A stretch of 64,000 nt of DNA from Spirochaetia bacterium (GTDB lineage: Bacteria; Spirochaetota; Spirochaetia; DSM-2461), in the NCBI GenBank assembly GCA_963668315.1, contig OY764216.1, positions 416,001-480,000 of the forward strand, read 5' to 3'. How positions within the stretch are numbered: the stretch's first letter is position 1; each line of letters opens with the position of its first letter. The position numbers and the translations under genes are program-made. Under the pieces are notes generated by a model. It was not told the DNA's origin, did not search any database, and worked only from the letters and a program-made list of their open reading frames with translations. Below are positions 19,052 to 28,422 of this stretch, piece by piece.

Positions 19052-19686
19052 GATATTTCCCCTGCTTTGCCCTCCTGGCTCTGCTTCTTCTGCCCCTCTC
19101 GGCGGAGGATATCTTCGACTACCCCCTCACGGAACAGACACGTCCCTCCCTGGAGGCCCTTTTCGGAGAGCTCTCCTCCCATGAAATCATCCGGTCCCCC
19201 TATATTCAGAGGAAAACCATTTCGGCTCTGAACCGGGACATAACCAGCTCGGGTCTATTCCTCTTTCACAAGGACAAGGGGCTCGCCTGGATGGTGAGCG
19301 ATCCTTTTCCCATGAATATCGTACTCAACGAAAATGAGATGATACAGCAGATACCCGGCGGGACGAGCCAGAGTCTTTCCTTCGCGGACAATCCCAGTTT
19401 TGCCGGATTCTCCGGGACGGTTCAATCCATTTTCCTCGGAGAGATGGAGACGGTCGAGAAGAACTACGAGATTTTCTATCATGAAGCCGCCGGAAAATGG
19501 CTCCTTGCCCTGAAACCCCTGGATAAAACCCTCTATTCCGTTGTCGACTATTTCCTTCTGGAAGGGAGCGGTACAATAGAGTCGTTCCTTATAGCCGAAC
19601 CCCGGGGAGACAAAATAACCTACGCCTTTGACGATCTGGAATATCCCGAATCCCTGACCGGGGAAGAAAGCCATGTCTTTCCCTAA
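19048..19686 (+). CDS. apeL: LolA-like periplasmic carrier (ApeL-like)
   Basis: Signal peptide, Q.K......SSG.F...GL.W...PF; synteny. Confidence 0.8.
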   Translation: MRYFPCFALLALLLLPLSAEDIFDYPLTEQTRPSLEALFGELSSHEIIRSPYIQRKTISALNRDITSSGLFLFHKDKGLAWMVSDPFPMNIVLNENEMIQQIPGGTSQSLSFADNPSFAGFSGTVQSIFLGEMETVEKNYEIFYHEAAGKWLLALKPLDKTLYSVVDYFLLEGSGTIESFLIAEPRGDKITYAFDDLEYPESLTGEESHVFP

Positions 19687-22021
19687 AATAGCCAGGGGTC
19701 CCGCTGCCCTGTGGGCTGCGGCCCATCTTCTGCTGCTCCTCGGTTTTCTCCTGAAAGGGGGAATCTCCCTAAGTACGAATTTGTACGAGATTCTTCCCGA
19801 TACGAACAGCAACCGGAACCTGTCGGCCGTGGAAAACATCCTGACCGGCCGGCTCAACAGCAAAGTGAACATCCTCATAGGAACCCCGGATTTTGAATCG
19901 ACCGAGAAGGAAGCGCTGGCCATGGGGGATTTTCTCTGCCGGACCGGCGGATTCAAGGACATCCGGGTGCAGATGGACAGCAATTACTTTCAGGTTTTTC
20001 AGGATTTTCTCTTTGCCCACCGCTACCACTACCTCTCCCCCTCCGTGAAAGAGGCCCTCGGGCAGAATAATATCGAAGCCCTCAGGCAGAATTTCTATTT
20101 TCAGCTGAGCAGTCCCTTTTCCATGGCCGATCTGTCCCGCCTGGAGGAGGATCCCTTTCTTCTCTCCTCGTCCCATCTTCAGGATTTCCTGAACTCTTCC
20201 CTGCTCTCTTCGAGCGCCATGTCCGTCAGGGGCTCCTTTCTTTACCGGGAGCACGGGGACAGACATTGGATCCTCATAACGGCGTCCACCGATCAGTCCG
20301 GTTCGGAAGTCAGCATCAAGGAAAATCCCCTGGCCCGCCTGCTGGCCTATAGGGAAACCCGAATGGAAGACGGCGGGGACGGCCTGGCGATCGTCTATTC
20401 CGGAGTTCCCGTCCACTCCTACCTGGCCGCCCGTCAGTCGCAGAGGGAGATATCCCTCCTGAGCACCCTTTCCACGGTCTTCATCGTATTGCTGATTCTG
20501 GTCGTCTTCCGTTCCTTTCTTCCCCTGGGAGCCACGTTTTTTTCCATTGCCGTGGGCATTCTCTCCGGACTGACCGCGGTCTCCCTCGTCTTCAGGGACG
20601 TTCATATCTTCACGATTGTCTTCGGAACCAGTCTCATAGGTATAACGGTGGATTACTCCTTCCACTACTTCACCCACTGGGCCGAGAAGAGCCGCGGGGG
20701 AAGGGAGATACGTAAGGATGTTCTCCCGGGAATCACCGTCGGCCTGATTACCACCGTTATCAGCTACAGCGCCTTTTTCTTCTGTCCCTTCCCCCTGATG
20801 CGCCAGATGGCCCTTTTTTCCCTATGCGGGCTGGGAAGCGTATTTCTTTCCACGACATTGCTTTATCCCTTTCTTCCTCCCTCCCCCGAAAAAACGGTCG
20901 GGGCGGCGGGGAAGGCCCTTTCTCTGGCGGAAAAACTCTTTCGCGGCTCATCCCGGCTCCCGCAGATTTTCCGCTGGGCACTCCTGATCCTGATCGCGAT
21001 TTTTCTGATTCCAGCCATTCCCCGCATCGATATCCATAATTCCGTGAGCGACTACTACACCATGAGCCCCCAGATGATGGAGTGGGAAAAAACGTCCGCG
21101 GAGGTTATCGATTCCCGGACCACCGGCGTGTACCTGACCATTGAAGGAAAGGACCGGGAAGAGTGCCTTGAAAAGGCCGGCCGGATAGAAAAGGACCTGG
21201 AAGATTTCGTCGCGAACGATACCCTGGGGAATTACATAAGCCTTTCCCGCTTCCTGCCTTCCCGGAAAGAGCAGGACGCCGGTTATGATCTCGTCAAAAC
21301 CCGAATGGCTCCCCATGTGAAAAGCCAGTTCGACAGCCTGGGGTTTCCCGCCGGTTCTTACGAAAGCTGGGAGAAGGATTTCGCGTCCCGGGAAAAGGAT
21401 TATCTGACATGGACCGACCTGCAGGATCTTCCCCTTACCGAACTATGGGACACTCTGGAAATGGGCGAAACCGGCGGACGGCACTATATAAATGTGCTGC
21501 TTTTTGATATCAAAGATGCGGGCAGCATCAAGGCATGGGCCGATGATCAGAGCGGAATCTACCTGATGAACAAGATCGGCGAGACCAACGAGACCCTGGA
21601 AAAGCTGAGCCGCCTCTCCATTATCATCATCGGCCTCTCCTACCTGCTGATTTTCCTGCTCCTCCTCATCCGGTACTCCCCAAAAAAAGCCTTATCCACG
21701 GTGTTTATCCCCCTCATGGCCAGCCTGATCGCGCTCAATACGGTCGCCCTGACGGGACGTTCGGTCAACCTTTTCGTGATCGTGGGGCTTATCCTGATTC
21801 CGGGAATGGGAAGCGACTATCTCATTCTTCTGAATGAGCGCCGCAAGACGGAGTCCTCCGTGTACCTTTCCATTATCATGAGCCTCTCTACGACCCTTCT
21901 GGCCTTCGCCCTTCTGGGAACCACGACACTGGCAGGAGGATTCGGCATAACCGTGGCGGCGGGGCTGCTCAGCACTTTTCTGCTGACACTCTTTCTGGGC
22001 CCCCTGTTTGAGGAGCCCTGA
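19673..22021 (+). CDS. apeM: MMPL/RND-family exporter (ApeM-like)
   Basis: Two TM blocks; DPFL, FGTSLIGITVDY and GMGSDY. Confidence 0.88.
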   Translation: MSFPKIARGPAALWAAAHLLLLLGFLLKGGISLSTNLYEILPDTNSNRNLSAVENILTGRLNSKVNILIGTPDFESTEKEALAMGDFLCRTGGFKDIRVQMDSNYFQVFQDFLFAHRYHYLSPSVKEALGQNNIEALRQNFYFQLSSPFSMADLSRLEEDPFLLSSSHLQDFLNSSLLSSSAMSVRGSFLYREHGDRHWILITASTDQSGSEVSIKENPLARLLAYRETRMEDGGDGLAIVYSGVPVHSYLAARQSQREISLLSTLSTVFIVLLILVVFRSFLPLGATFFSIAVGILSGLTAVSLVFRDVHIFTIVFGTSLIGITVDYSFHYFTHWAEKSRGGREIRKDVLPGITVGLITTVISYSAFFFCPFPLMRQMALFSLCGLGSVFLSTTLLYPFLPPSPEKTVGAAGKALSLAEKLFRGSSRLPQIFRWALLILIAIFLIPAIPRIDIHNSVSDYYTMSPQMMEWEKTSAEVIDSRTTGVYLTIEGKDREECLEKAGRIEKDLEDFVANDTLGNYISLSRFLPSRKEQDAGYDLVKTRMAPHVKSQFDSLGFPAGSYESWEKDFASREKDYLTWTDLQDLPLTELWDTLEMGETGGRHYINVLLFDIKDAGSIKAWADDQSGIYLMNKIGETNETLEKLSRLSIIIIGLSYLLIFLLLLIRYSPKKALSTVFIPLMASLIALNTVALTGRSVNLFVIVGLILIPGMGSDYLILLNERRKTESSVYLSIIMSLSTTLLAFALLGTTTLAGGFGITVAAGLLSTFLLTLFLGPLFEEP

Positions 22022-22034
22022 CCGGGCGGTTCTA

Positions 22035-22064
22035 TTGATAGCCCGCAGACAATTCCTGTATAAT
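22035..22064 (+). promoter_or_regulatory. Putative internal promoter for apeN-R
   Basis: TTGATA-18 nt-TATAAT in the largest intergenic gap of the cluster. Confidence 0.55.
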
Positions 22065-22088
22065 ACGAAACACGTCATAATGAATAGC

Positions 22089-22670
22089 ATGAAAAATAAA
22101 ATAGTAAAAATCATTGGCTCTCTTTTTCTCCTTGCGTTTCTGTCCTGCCGGACGACCGGAACCCTGACGGAGGAGAATCGCCTATATATCACAGACGAGG
22201 TCACCATCAACCTTCTCGCCCCATCCACCCTGGATAAGACCTACGTTCAACAGCAGATTATTCACGGATCCCACGGGGATGACGAGTACACCATCATGGC
22301 TTTTGTCGAAATGGACGGAACCTCATTGGACATTGCCGGCATGACCCCGATTGGCACCTCCCTGTTCGACCTCCATTACGACTCCGCGGGAATCACCTTT
22401 TCCGCCTCGGGACTCTTTCCCGAAGAGACGGCCCTGTACCTGCTGGGAGATTTCCAGCTGAGCTATTACCCCGGGGGGGAAGTCGAAAGGGAAATAAGAC
22501 GGGCCGGGCTTGATTTTGAAGAAGAGATAACGGCTGAAGGCTGGACACGGCGCATCAGAGATCCCCGGGGGGAATTGATTATTGAGATCATCCGCAGGGG
22601 AAACCGACTGGATTATCACAACTATCTGAGAGATTACCGATACGAGATCGAGGAGAAGGATATCTCATGA
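22089..22670 (+). CDS. apeN: DUF3261-like lipoprotein (ApeN-like)
   Basis: MKNK...FLSC lipobox; G..LF.L.YD and LGDFQLSYYP. Confidence 0.8.
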   Translation: MKNKIVKIIGSLFLLAFLSCRTTGTLTEENRLYITDEVTINLLAPSTLDKTYVQQQIIHGSHGDDEYTIMAFVEMDGTSLDIAGMTPIGTSLFDLHYDSAGITFSASGLFPEETALYLLGDFQLSYYPGGEVEREIRRAGLDFEEEITAEGWTRRIRDPRGELIIEIIRRGNRLDYHNYLRDYRYEIEEKDIS

Positions 22671-23854
22671 TTCCTGTTTATATAGAAGACCTGGGGATTC
22701 TGACAGCCCGTAATAAAGGGAAGAAGGATGTACTGGCGGCCATACTCGGGGGGGAGAGAGACGGTCTGAACCCCGAACAAATCGGAGAAATGACCTGCCA
22801 TACGGCCCGCTGTTCCGACGAGGAGGCCGGACTGGTTGAAACCTGCGGCAAAAGCAATGACATACTGAGTTTTCTCACGATCTGCTGCCGGGAGATCGAT
22901 GGAACCGTCAGGGAGATGATCTCCCGCTACGGCTCCTCAAGGATCGCCGTCGTACTGGGAACGTCAGGCTACGGCTCTGACGAAGCCTATTTTGCCGAGG
23001 AGCAGAGACGGAAAAGCGGCTCCTTCCCCTCGGACTACCAACTGGCCTATCAGCAGGTTCACTATCCCACCGATTTCGTCAGGGACTATTTCGGAACCGA
23101 CGGCTACTGCGGAACTCTGGCCACGGCCTGCGCCTCGGGAGCGGGGGCCATTGTGGAAGGCTATAAATTACTTCAGGCCGGACTGGCCGATGCCGTGATT
23201 GCCGGCGGGGTGGATAATATCTCCGAATCGGTCCTGAAAGGCTTTATCTCACTGGAAGCGGTCGACCAGAATAAGACGATTCCCTTCAGCAGAAACCGCC
23301 ACGGAATCAACATCGGCGAAGGGGCGGCTCTTCTGGTTCTGACAAAGGAAAAACCCGGGAAGGACGCCGTTCTCATCGCCGGCTTCGGAGAGTGTTCCGA
23401 CGCCCACCACCAGACCGCACCCGACCCTACCGGAGAAGGGGCCGCCAAAGCAATGAGGATGGCCCTGGAACAGGCGGGAATGGACAGGGTGGATTACATC
23501 AATCTCCACGGAACGGGAACCGCCCTGAATGACTCGATGGAAGGAAAAGCCACCGCAGAGGTTTTTCCCGGGAATCCTTTCTGTTCCAGCACCAAGGCGG
23601 TAACGGGCCACACGCTGGGAGCTTCGGGAGCCATTGAACTGGGGCTGTGCTATCTGCTCCTGACATCCTATAATCCTGAAAAAAAGCTTCCCCCCCATAT
23701 TTGGGACGGTGAGGCCGATCCCGATATTCCCGGACTGAATTTCTGCGGTAAAGACACCAGGCTGGAGACGATCGGAAGCGCCATGAGCAACTCCTATGCC
23801 TTCGGCGGCTGGGATGTCAGCATTATCGTGAAAAAAGGAGAGAAGGATGATTAG
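22667..23854 (+). CDS. apeO: Beta-ketoacyl-ACP synthase (ApeO-like)
   Basis: ATACASG, HGTGT and GHTLG catalytic C-H-H. Confidence 0.9.
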   Translation: MIPVYIEDLGILTARNKGKKDVLAAILGGERDGLNPEQIGEMTCHTARCSDEEAGLVETCGKSNDILSFLTICCREIDGTVREMISRYGSSRIAVVLGTSGYGSDEAYFAEEQRRKSGSFPSDYQLAYQQVHYPTDFVRDYFGTDGYCGTLATACASGAGAIVEGYKLLQAGLADAVIAGGVDNISESVLKGFISLEAVDQNKTIPFSRNRHGINIGEGAALLVLTKEKPGKDAVLIAGFGECSDAHHQTAPDPTGEGAAKAMRMALEQAGMDRVDYINLHGTGTALNDSMEGKATAEVFPGNPFCSSTKAVTGHTLGASGAIELGLCYLLLTSYNPEKKLPPHIWDGEADPDIPGLNFCGKDTRLETIGSAMSNSYAFGGWDVSIIVKKGEKDD

Positions 23855-24314
23855 CTTCCCTTTGAAGAAACCCGATCTCTATGACATATCCGTTCATCAG
23901 GGACGCATGCTTCTCATCGATCAGATAGACAGCTGCGACAGGGACAACTTTACCATGGAAAGCTCGCTTCTGATTACCGATGAAAGCGAGTTCCTCTACG
24001 AAGGGGCCATGCCCGTCTGGGTCAGTTTCGAATATATGGCCCAGAGTATCGCCCTCCTCTCTTCGGTGGTGCGCAGGGAGAAAAACGAAGAGCCGGAGAT
24101 CGGCTTCCTCATCAATGTGAGGGATTTTGAAGCGGTCAGACCGGAGTATAAAATCGGTGACAGGGTCACTATCCGCATCTCCCAGGAGTTCAAGGAGGAG
24201 AATATCGCCGTATTCCACGGAGAATCCTTCGTGAACGGGGAGTGCTACAGCAAAGGCTCCGTAACGGTCATTGAAAAGACCGATGAGCTGCTGAATAAAT
24301 GGTCGGAAAAATAA
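23847..24314 (+). CDS. apeP: Hotdog-fold 3-hydroxyacyl-ACP dehydratase (ApeP-like)
   Basis: H...MLLID, P.W...EYMAQ and GFL. Confidence 0.87.
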   Translation: MISFPLKKPDLYDISVHQGRMLLIDQIDSCDRDNFTMESSLLITDESEFLYEGAMPVWVSFEYMAQSIALLSSVVRREKNEEPEIGFLINVRDFEAVRPEYKIGDRVTIRISQEFKEENIAVFHGESFVNGECYSKGSVTVIEKTDELLNKWSEK

Positions 24315-24321
24315 TAAGGTA

Positions 24322-25056
24322 ATGGATGCAATGGAGAGAAGAATATTAGTGACCGGAGCCAGCAAGGGGCTGGGCCGGGCCATAGCGGTGGAAGCCGCGC
24401 GCGGGGGATTTGACATATCGGTACATTATAACCGCGACAGGGAAGGAGCGGAAAAGACAGCCGAGTTAGTGAAGGCTGAAGGCCGTTCCGCCTCGATACT
24501 GAGTTTTGATATAACGGACAGGGATGAGTGCCGCGAAGTCCTCGCTTCGGAGATAGAGAAGCACGGTGTCTTCTACGGAGTCGTCTGCAATGCCGGCGTT
24601 ACCAGGGACAACGCCTTCCCTTCCATAGACGGGGACGACTGGGATCTCGTGGTCCACACGAATCTTGACGGATTTTACAATGTTCTCCAGCCTCTGATCA
24701 TGCCCATGGTCAGAGCCAGATCGGGGGGAAGGATCATAACCATCTCATCGGTTTCGGGCATCATGGGCAACAGGGGACAGGTAAATTACAGCGCTTCCAA
24801 GGCCGGTATCATCGGGGCGACCAAAGCCCTGGCCGTGGAAATGGGGAAAAGAAACATCACGGTCAACTGTATCGCCCCCGGGGTTATTGAAACGGATATG
24901 ACCGAGGATGTCCCCTGGGACCATATCAAGTCCTCCGTTCCCCTGCGCCGCATGGGCAAGCCTGAGGAAGTGGGGGCCCTGGCGGCTTTTCTTCTCTCCG
25001 ACAGCGCGTCCTATATCACAAGACAGGTGATCTCTGTCAACGGAGGAATGATATGA
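24322..25056 (+). CDS. apeQ: 3-oxoacyl-ACP reductase (ApeQ/FabG-like)
   Basis: TGASKGLG, NAG, GNRGQVNYSASK and YITRQVISVNGG. Confidence 0.92.
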   Translation: MDAMERRILVTGASKGLGRAIAVEAARGGFDISVHYNRDREGAEKTAELVKAEGRSASILSFDITDRDECREVLASEIEKHGVFYGVVCNAGVTRDNAFPSIDGDDWDLVVHTNLDGFYNVLQPLIMPMVRARSGGRIITISSVSGIMGNRGQVNYSASKAGIIGATKALAVEMGKRNITVNCIAPGVIETDMTEDVPWDHIKSSVPLRRMGKPEEVGALAAFLLSDSASYITRQVISVNGGMI

Positions 25057-26282
25057 AAAAAAGAGTCGTCATAACGGGCGGAGCCGCCATTACCCCCATC
25101 GGCACAGGATGGGAAGCGATAGAACAGAACCTGAGGAAGAAGGAGAACGGCATCCGCTGCCTGGAGGACTGGAAGAAATACGAAAGGATGAACACCAAAC
25201 TGGCCGGTCCGGCCCAGTGGACGCCCCCCTCCTATCCCCGCAAGAAGACCCGCGGCATGGGCCGGGTGGCCCTCATGGCCGTCCACTGTACGGAGACAGC
25301 CTTGGAGATGGCGGGTCTTCTGGATCATCCCAGCCTGACCAACGGCGATACGGGCGTTTCCTACGGTTCCTCAACGGGTAACGTGGATGCCCTGCTGGAC
25401 TTCTACTCCATGCTTAACGATAACTCGGCCCAGGGCATCACGGCCACGACCTATATCAGGTCCATGCCCCAGACCTGCGCCGTCAACATCGGTGTGTTCT
25501 TTGAAATGAAGGGCCGCCTTCTGACCAGCAACACGGCCTGTACGTCGGGAAGCCTCTCCATCGGCATGGGCTTCGAGACGATAAGGGACGGCAAGCAGAA
25601 GATCATGGTCTGCGGCGGAGCGGAGGAACTGAACCCCACGGAAGCCGCCGTTTTCGACACCCTCTTTGCGGCAAGCACGAAAAACGACACCCCCGAGCTG
25701 ACCCCCAGCCCCTTCGATAAGGACCGGGACGGTCTGGTCATCGGAGAAGGTGCGGGCACCCTGGTCCTGGAAGAACTGGATCATGCCCTGGAACGGGGCG
25801 CAGCCATATACGGGGAAATTGTCGGCTTCGGTACGAACACCGACGGCGCGCACATTACTCAGCCCAACAGGGAAACCATCGAGATTGCCCTGAAGCTGGC
25901 CCTGGACGACGCGGGGATCGCCCCGGAACAGGTGGACTATGTAAACGGCCACGGAACAGCCACGGAGCACGGGGATATTACCGAAAGCAATGCCACATAC
26001 AACTGCTTCAACGGGCGGAAAGTCCCCTACAGCACTCTGAAGAGTTATATGGGCCATACCCTGGGAGCCTGCGGGGCCATTGAGACCTGGGTATCCCTGA
26101 ATATGATGAATACAGGCTGGGTCGCCCCCAACCTGAATCTGGAAAACCTCGATCCCCGCTGCGCCGAGCTGGATTATATCCTGGGAGACGGAAGAGAGAT
26201 GGATCTGAATTATGTGATGTGCAACAACTTCGCCTTCGGCGGAATCAATACATCGCTGATTCTCAAACGGTGGAAAAACTAA
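25053..26282 (+). CDS. apeR: Beta-ketoacyl-ACP synthase (ApeR-like)
   Basis: NTACTSG, HGTAT, GHTLG and NNFAFGG. Confidence 0.92.
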   Translation: MKKRVVITGGAAITPIGTGWEAIEQNLRKKENGIRCLEDWKKYERMNTKLAGPAQWTPPSYPRKKTRGMGRVALMAVHCTETALEMAGLLDHPSLTNGDTGVSYGSSTGNVDALLDFYSMLNDNSAQGITATTYIRSMPQTCAVNIGVFFEMKGRLLTSNTACTSGSLSIGMGFETIRDGKQKIMVCGGAEELNPTEAAVFDTLFAASTKNDTPELTPSPFDKDRDGLVIGEGAGTLVLEELDHALERGAAIYGEIVGFGTNTDGAHITQPNRETIEIALKLALDDAGIAPEQVDYVNGHGTATEHGDITESNATYNCFNGRKVPYSTLKSYMGHTLGACGAIETWVSLNMMNTGWVAPNLNLENLDPRCAELDYILGDGREMDLNYVMCNNFAFGGINTSLILKRWKN

Positions 26283-26309
26283 TCGGACACCCTTATCTCT
26301 TTTCTGAAT

Positions 26310-26347
26310 AAAAAAAGGCTGCCGTCTCTTACAACGGCAGCCTTTTT
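26310..26347. terminator. Bidirectional intrinsic terminator between apeR and purA
   Basis: AAAAAAAGGCTGCCGT-loop-ACGGCAGCCTTTTT. Confidence 0.88.
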
Positions 26348-26363
26348 AAGATCTAAAGAATAT

Positions 26364-27590
26364 CTATTTCTCCCAGGGAGGAGTCTTCATAAAAGTCTCA
26401 TCCCTCAGGGGACCTACTGAGAAACCTGCCACGGGCACGCCGGTGTAATCTTCGATAAACCGGACAAACTCCTTGGCGCCTGCGGGGATCTGATCCCAGT
26501 TGCGGGCCTCCCCGACTTTTCCGTCCCAGCCGGGGATCTCTTTCAGAACGGGCTTGATTCTTTCAATCCGGTCGATGGCGGAGGGGAACTCTTCGGTAAT
26601 CTCCCCATCGATCTCATAGGCAGTACAGACCTTGACGGAATCGAAGCCGTCGTAAAGGTTCATATGGGAAAGGATGAATCCGTCCAGACTGTTCACCCAG
26701 CCGGCATAACGGAGGGCCACAAGGTCCAGATAGCCGATACGGCGGGGACGGCCGGTGGTCACACCGTATTCATGTCCCAGTTCGCGCAGGGTATTGCCCA
26801 GTTCGAGATCCGATCCTTCCAGCATTTCCGTGGGGAACGGGCCGTTTCCGACGCGGGTCTGATACGCCTTGAATACACCGAGGCACTTATCAAGATACCG
26901 GGGTCCCACAGATGCGCCCTGTGCTGCGCCGCAGCTTGTGGACATACCGGAGGAGACGAAGGGATAGGTACCGTGATCCAGGTCCAGAAGCGCTCCCTGA
27001 GCCCCTTCCAGCAGGATGTCCTTGTCCCGGTTCTTCATCATAAAGGCCGCCATGTTCACCTTCATGGATTCCAGCCTCTCCTTAAAGGGGACCAGCCAGT
27101 TCCGGTCTTCCTCGTTCAGACCGTTCCAGACGACCTCATCCCAGAGATCTCCGACCCGGATACCGTCGCGATGGGCCTTTTTCGCATAGGCGACGCCGAT
27201 GCCGCGCCCTGTCGTTCCGATGGGGCGGATGCGGACCGATTCCATCTCCTGGTCTTCCTTTTTATAGGAAGGAAGCACGAGATGGGCTCTGTCGGATACG
27301 AAAACCCGGCCTTCCCAGTCGATACCCTGTGAAGCGATGCCTTCCAGTTCGATAAAAAGTGACTCCGGATCGATGACCATACCGTTGCCCAGGGCTACGG
27401 TTTTTTCCGGATAAATAATGCCCGCCGGAACAAGATGAAGGGCAAATGTTTTGTCCTGGACCTTAATGGTGTGTCCCGCATTGGCTCCGCCGGAAAAGCG
27501 GACCACGACATCTGCATCTTCGGCCAGATAGTCCACCATTTTTCCTTTACCTTCGTCGCCCCACTGGGCGCCGATAACTACAAGTTTCAT
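26364..27590 (-). CDS. purA: Adenylosuccinate synthetase
   Basis: QWGDEGKGK, GGANAGHT, EGAQG and TTGRPRR. Start trimmed to ATG 27590. Confidence 0.97.
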   Translation of the reverse strand: MKLVVIGAQWGDEGKGKMVDYLAEDADVVVRFSGGANAGHTIKVQDKTFALHLVPAGIIYPEKTVALGNGMVIDPESLFIELEGIASQGIDWEGRVFVSDRAHLVLPSYKKEDQEMESVRIRPIGTTGRGIGVAYAKKAHRDGIRVGDLWDEVVWNGLNEEDRNWLVPFKERLESMKVNMAAFMMKNRDKDILLEGAQGALLDLDHGTYPFVSSGMSTSCGAAQGASVGPRYLDKCLGVFKAYQTRVGNGPFPTEMLEGSDLELGNTLRELGHEYGVTTGRPRRIGYLDLVALRYAGWVNSLDGFILSHMNLYDGFDSVKVCTAYEIDGEITEEFPSAIDRIERIKPVLKEIPGWDGKVGEARNWDQIPAGAKEFVRFIEDYTGVPVAGFSVGPLRDETFMKTPPWEK

Positions 27591-27647
27591 AGATTTTCCT
27601 TTTTCGTTCGGTGTAAAGCCCCGAAGCGGGCTTCCTTTAAGAACAGC

Positions 27648-27679
27648 AAAAAGCCCGTTCAGTGACAACTGAACGGGCT
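27648..27679 (-). terminator. Strong intrinsic terminator upstream of purA
   Basis: 12-bp perfect stem AGCCCGTTCAGT/ACTGAACGGGCT followed by a U-tract on the minus strand. Confidence 0.8.
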
Positions 27680-27738
27680 CCGTAGTTGCGTGTTATATTA
27701 ACAGAAAACTCATATCATGACAATCCTCCTCCGGGATT

Positions 27739-28254
27739 TCATAAAAACAGCGTCTTCACATGGCCCACGGAAATCTGCTCGTCTATTCTCATGACTCTCT
27801 CTTTCCGGTTCACCATAAAATAGCTTCGCGAGAGGCTGGCCCTCCCCTCCTCTTCCGTCGGAGCGGAATCATTCCCGATGATCTCCCGGTACCGGAATTC
27901 CCGGTAAACCTCAAAGCGGTATTTCTCTATAAGCCGTCCGATGGGGATTTCCGTTTCGACAAGATCGGCCGCCATCTCCTTCTCCAGCCGGTCAAGGACG
28001 ATAAGCGACTGGGCCCTCAGATGGACATGGCCGGAGCTCTTTCCCAGAAGGGAGACGCTTCTTCGGAGAAGGGGACTCTCCCGGGAGAGGAGGAAATCGG
28101 AGGCATCCTCCCCGGCGGGCTCCACGGCCTCGTGGTGTTTGACGATTCCTATCTCTTCACCGTATAAATCCTCCAGGACTTTGGTCATGGAGCCGTTATG
28201 ATTCAGGAGCATCTGATACATCCACAGAGGCTCTTTGGTTTTCAAACATGTCAA
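27739..28254 (-). CDS. Chorismate pyruvate-lyase family protein (DUF98/UbiC-like)
   Basis: LL..NGS.T..LE, R.V.L.G, A.S.I..DRL, PIGRL...R.E.YRE and R.Y motifs. Confidence 0.75.
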   Translation of the reverse strand: MTCLKTKEPLWMYQMLLNHNGSMTKVLEDLYGEEIGIVKHHEAVEPAGEDASDFLLSRESPLLRRSVSLLGKSSGHVHLRAQSLIVLDRLEKEMAADLVETEIPIGRLIEKYRFEVYREFRYREIIGNDSAPTEEEGRASLSRSYFMVNRKERVMRIDEQISVGHVKTLFL

Positions 28255-28422
28255 AATTCTCGAAACTTCCTTTCGGCAGGATAGTTTAAGCCGATTCCCG
28301 CCGGGCGCAGTCTAGCAGAAAAATCCTTCCGTTCCCAGTTATCCCTACGTGTTTCTCCCTTTCTCTCCCCGTCAGCCGGGGCGATTCTATCCATTCCCAC
28401 AAGAATACTGTAGAATAGAACA

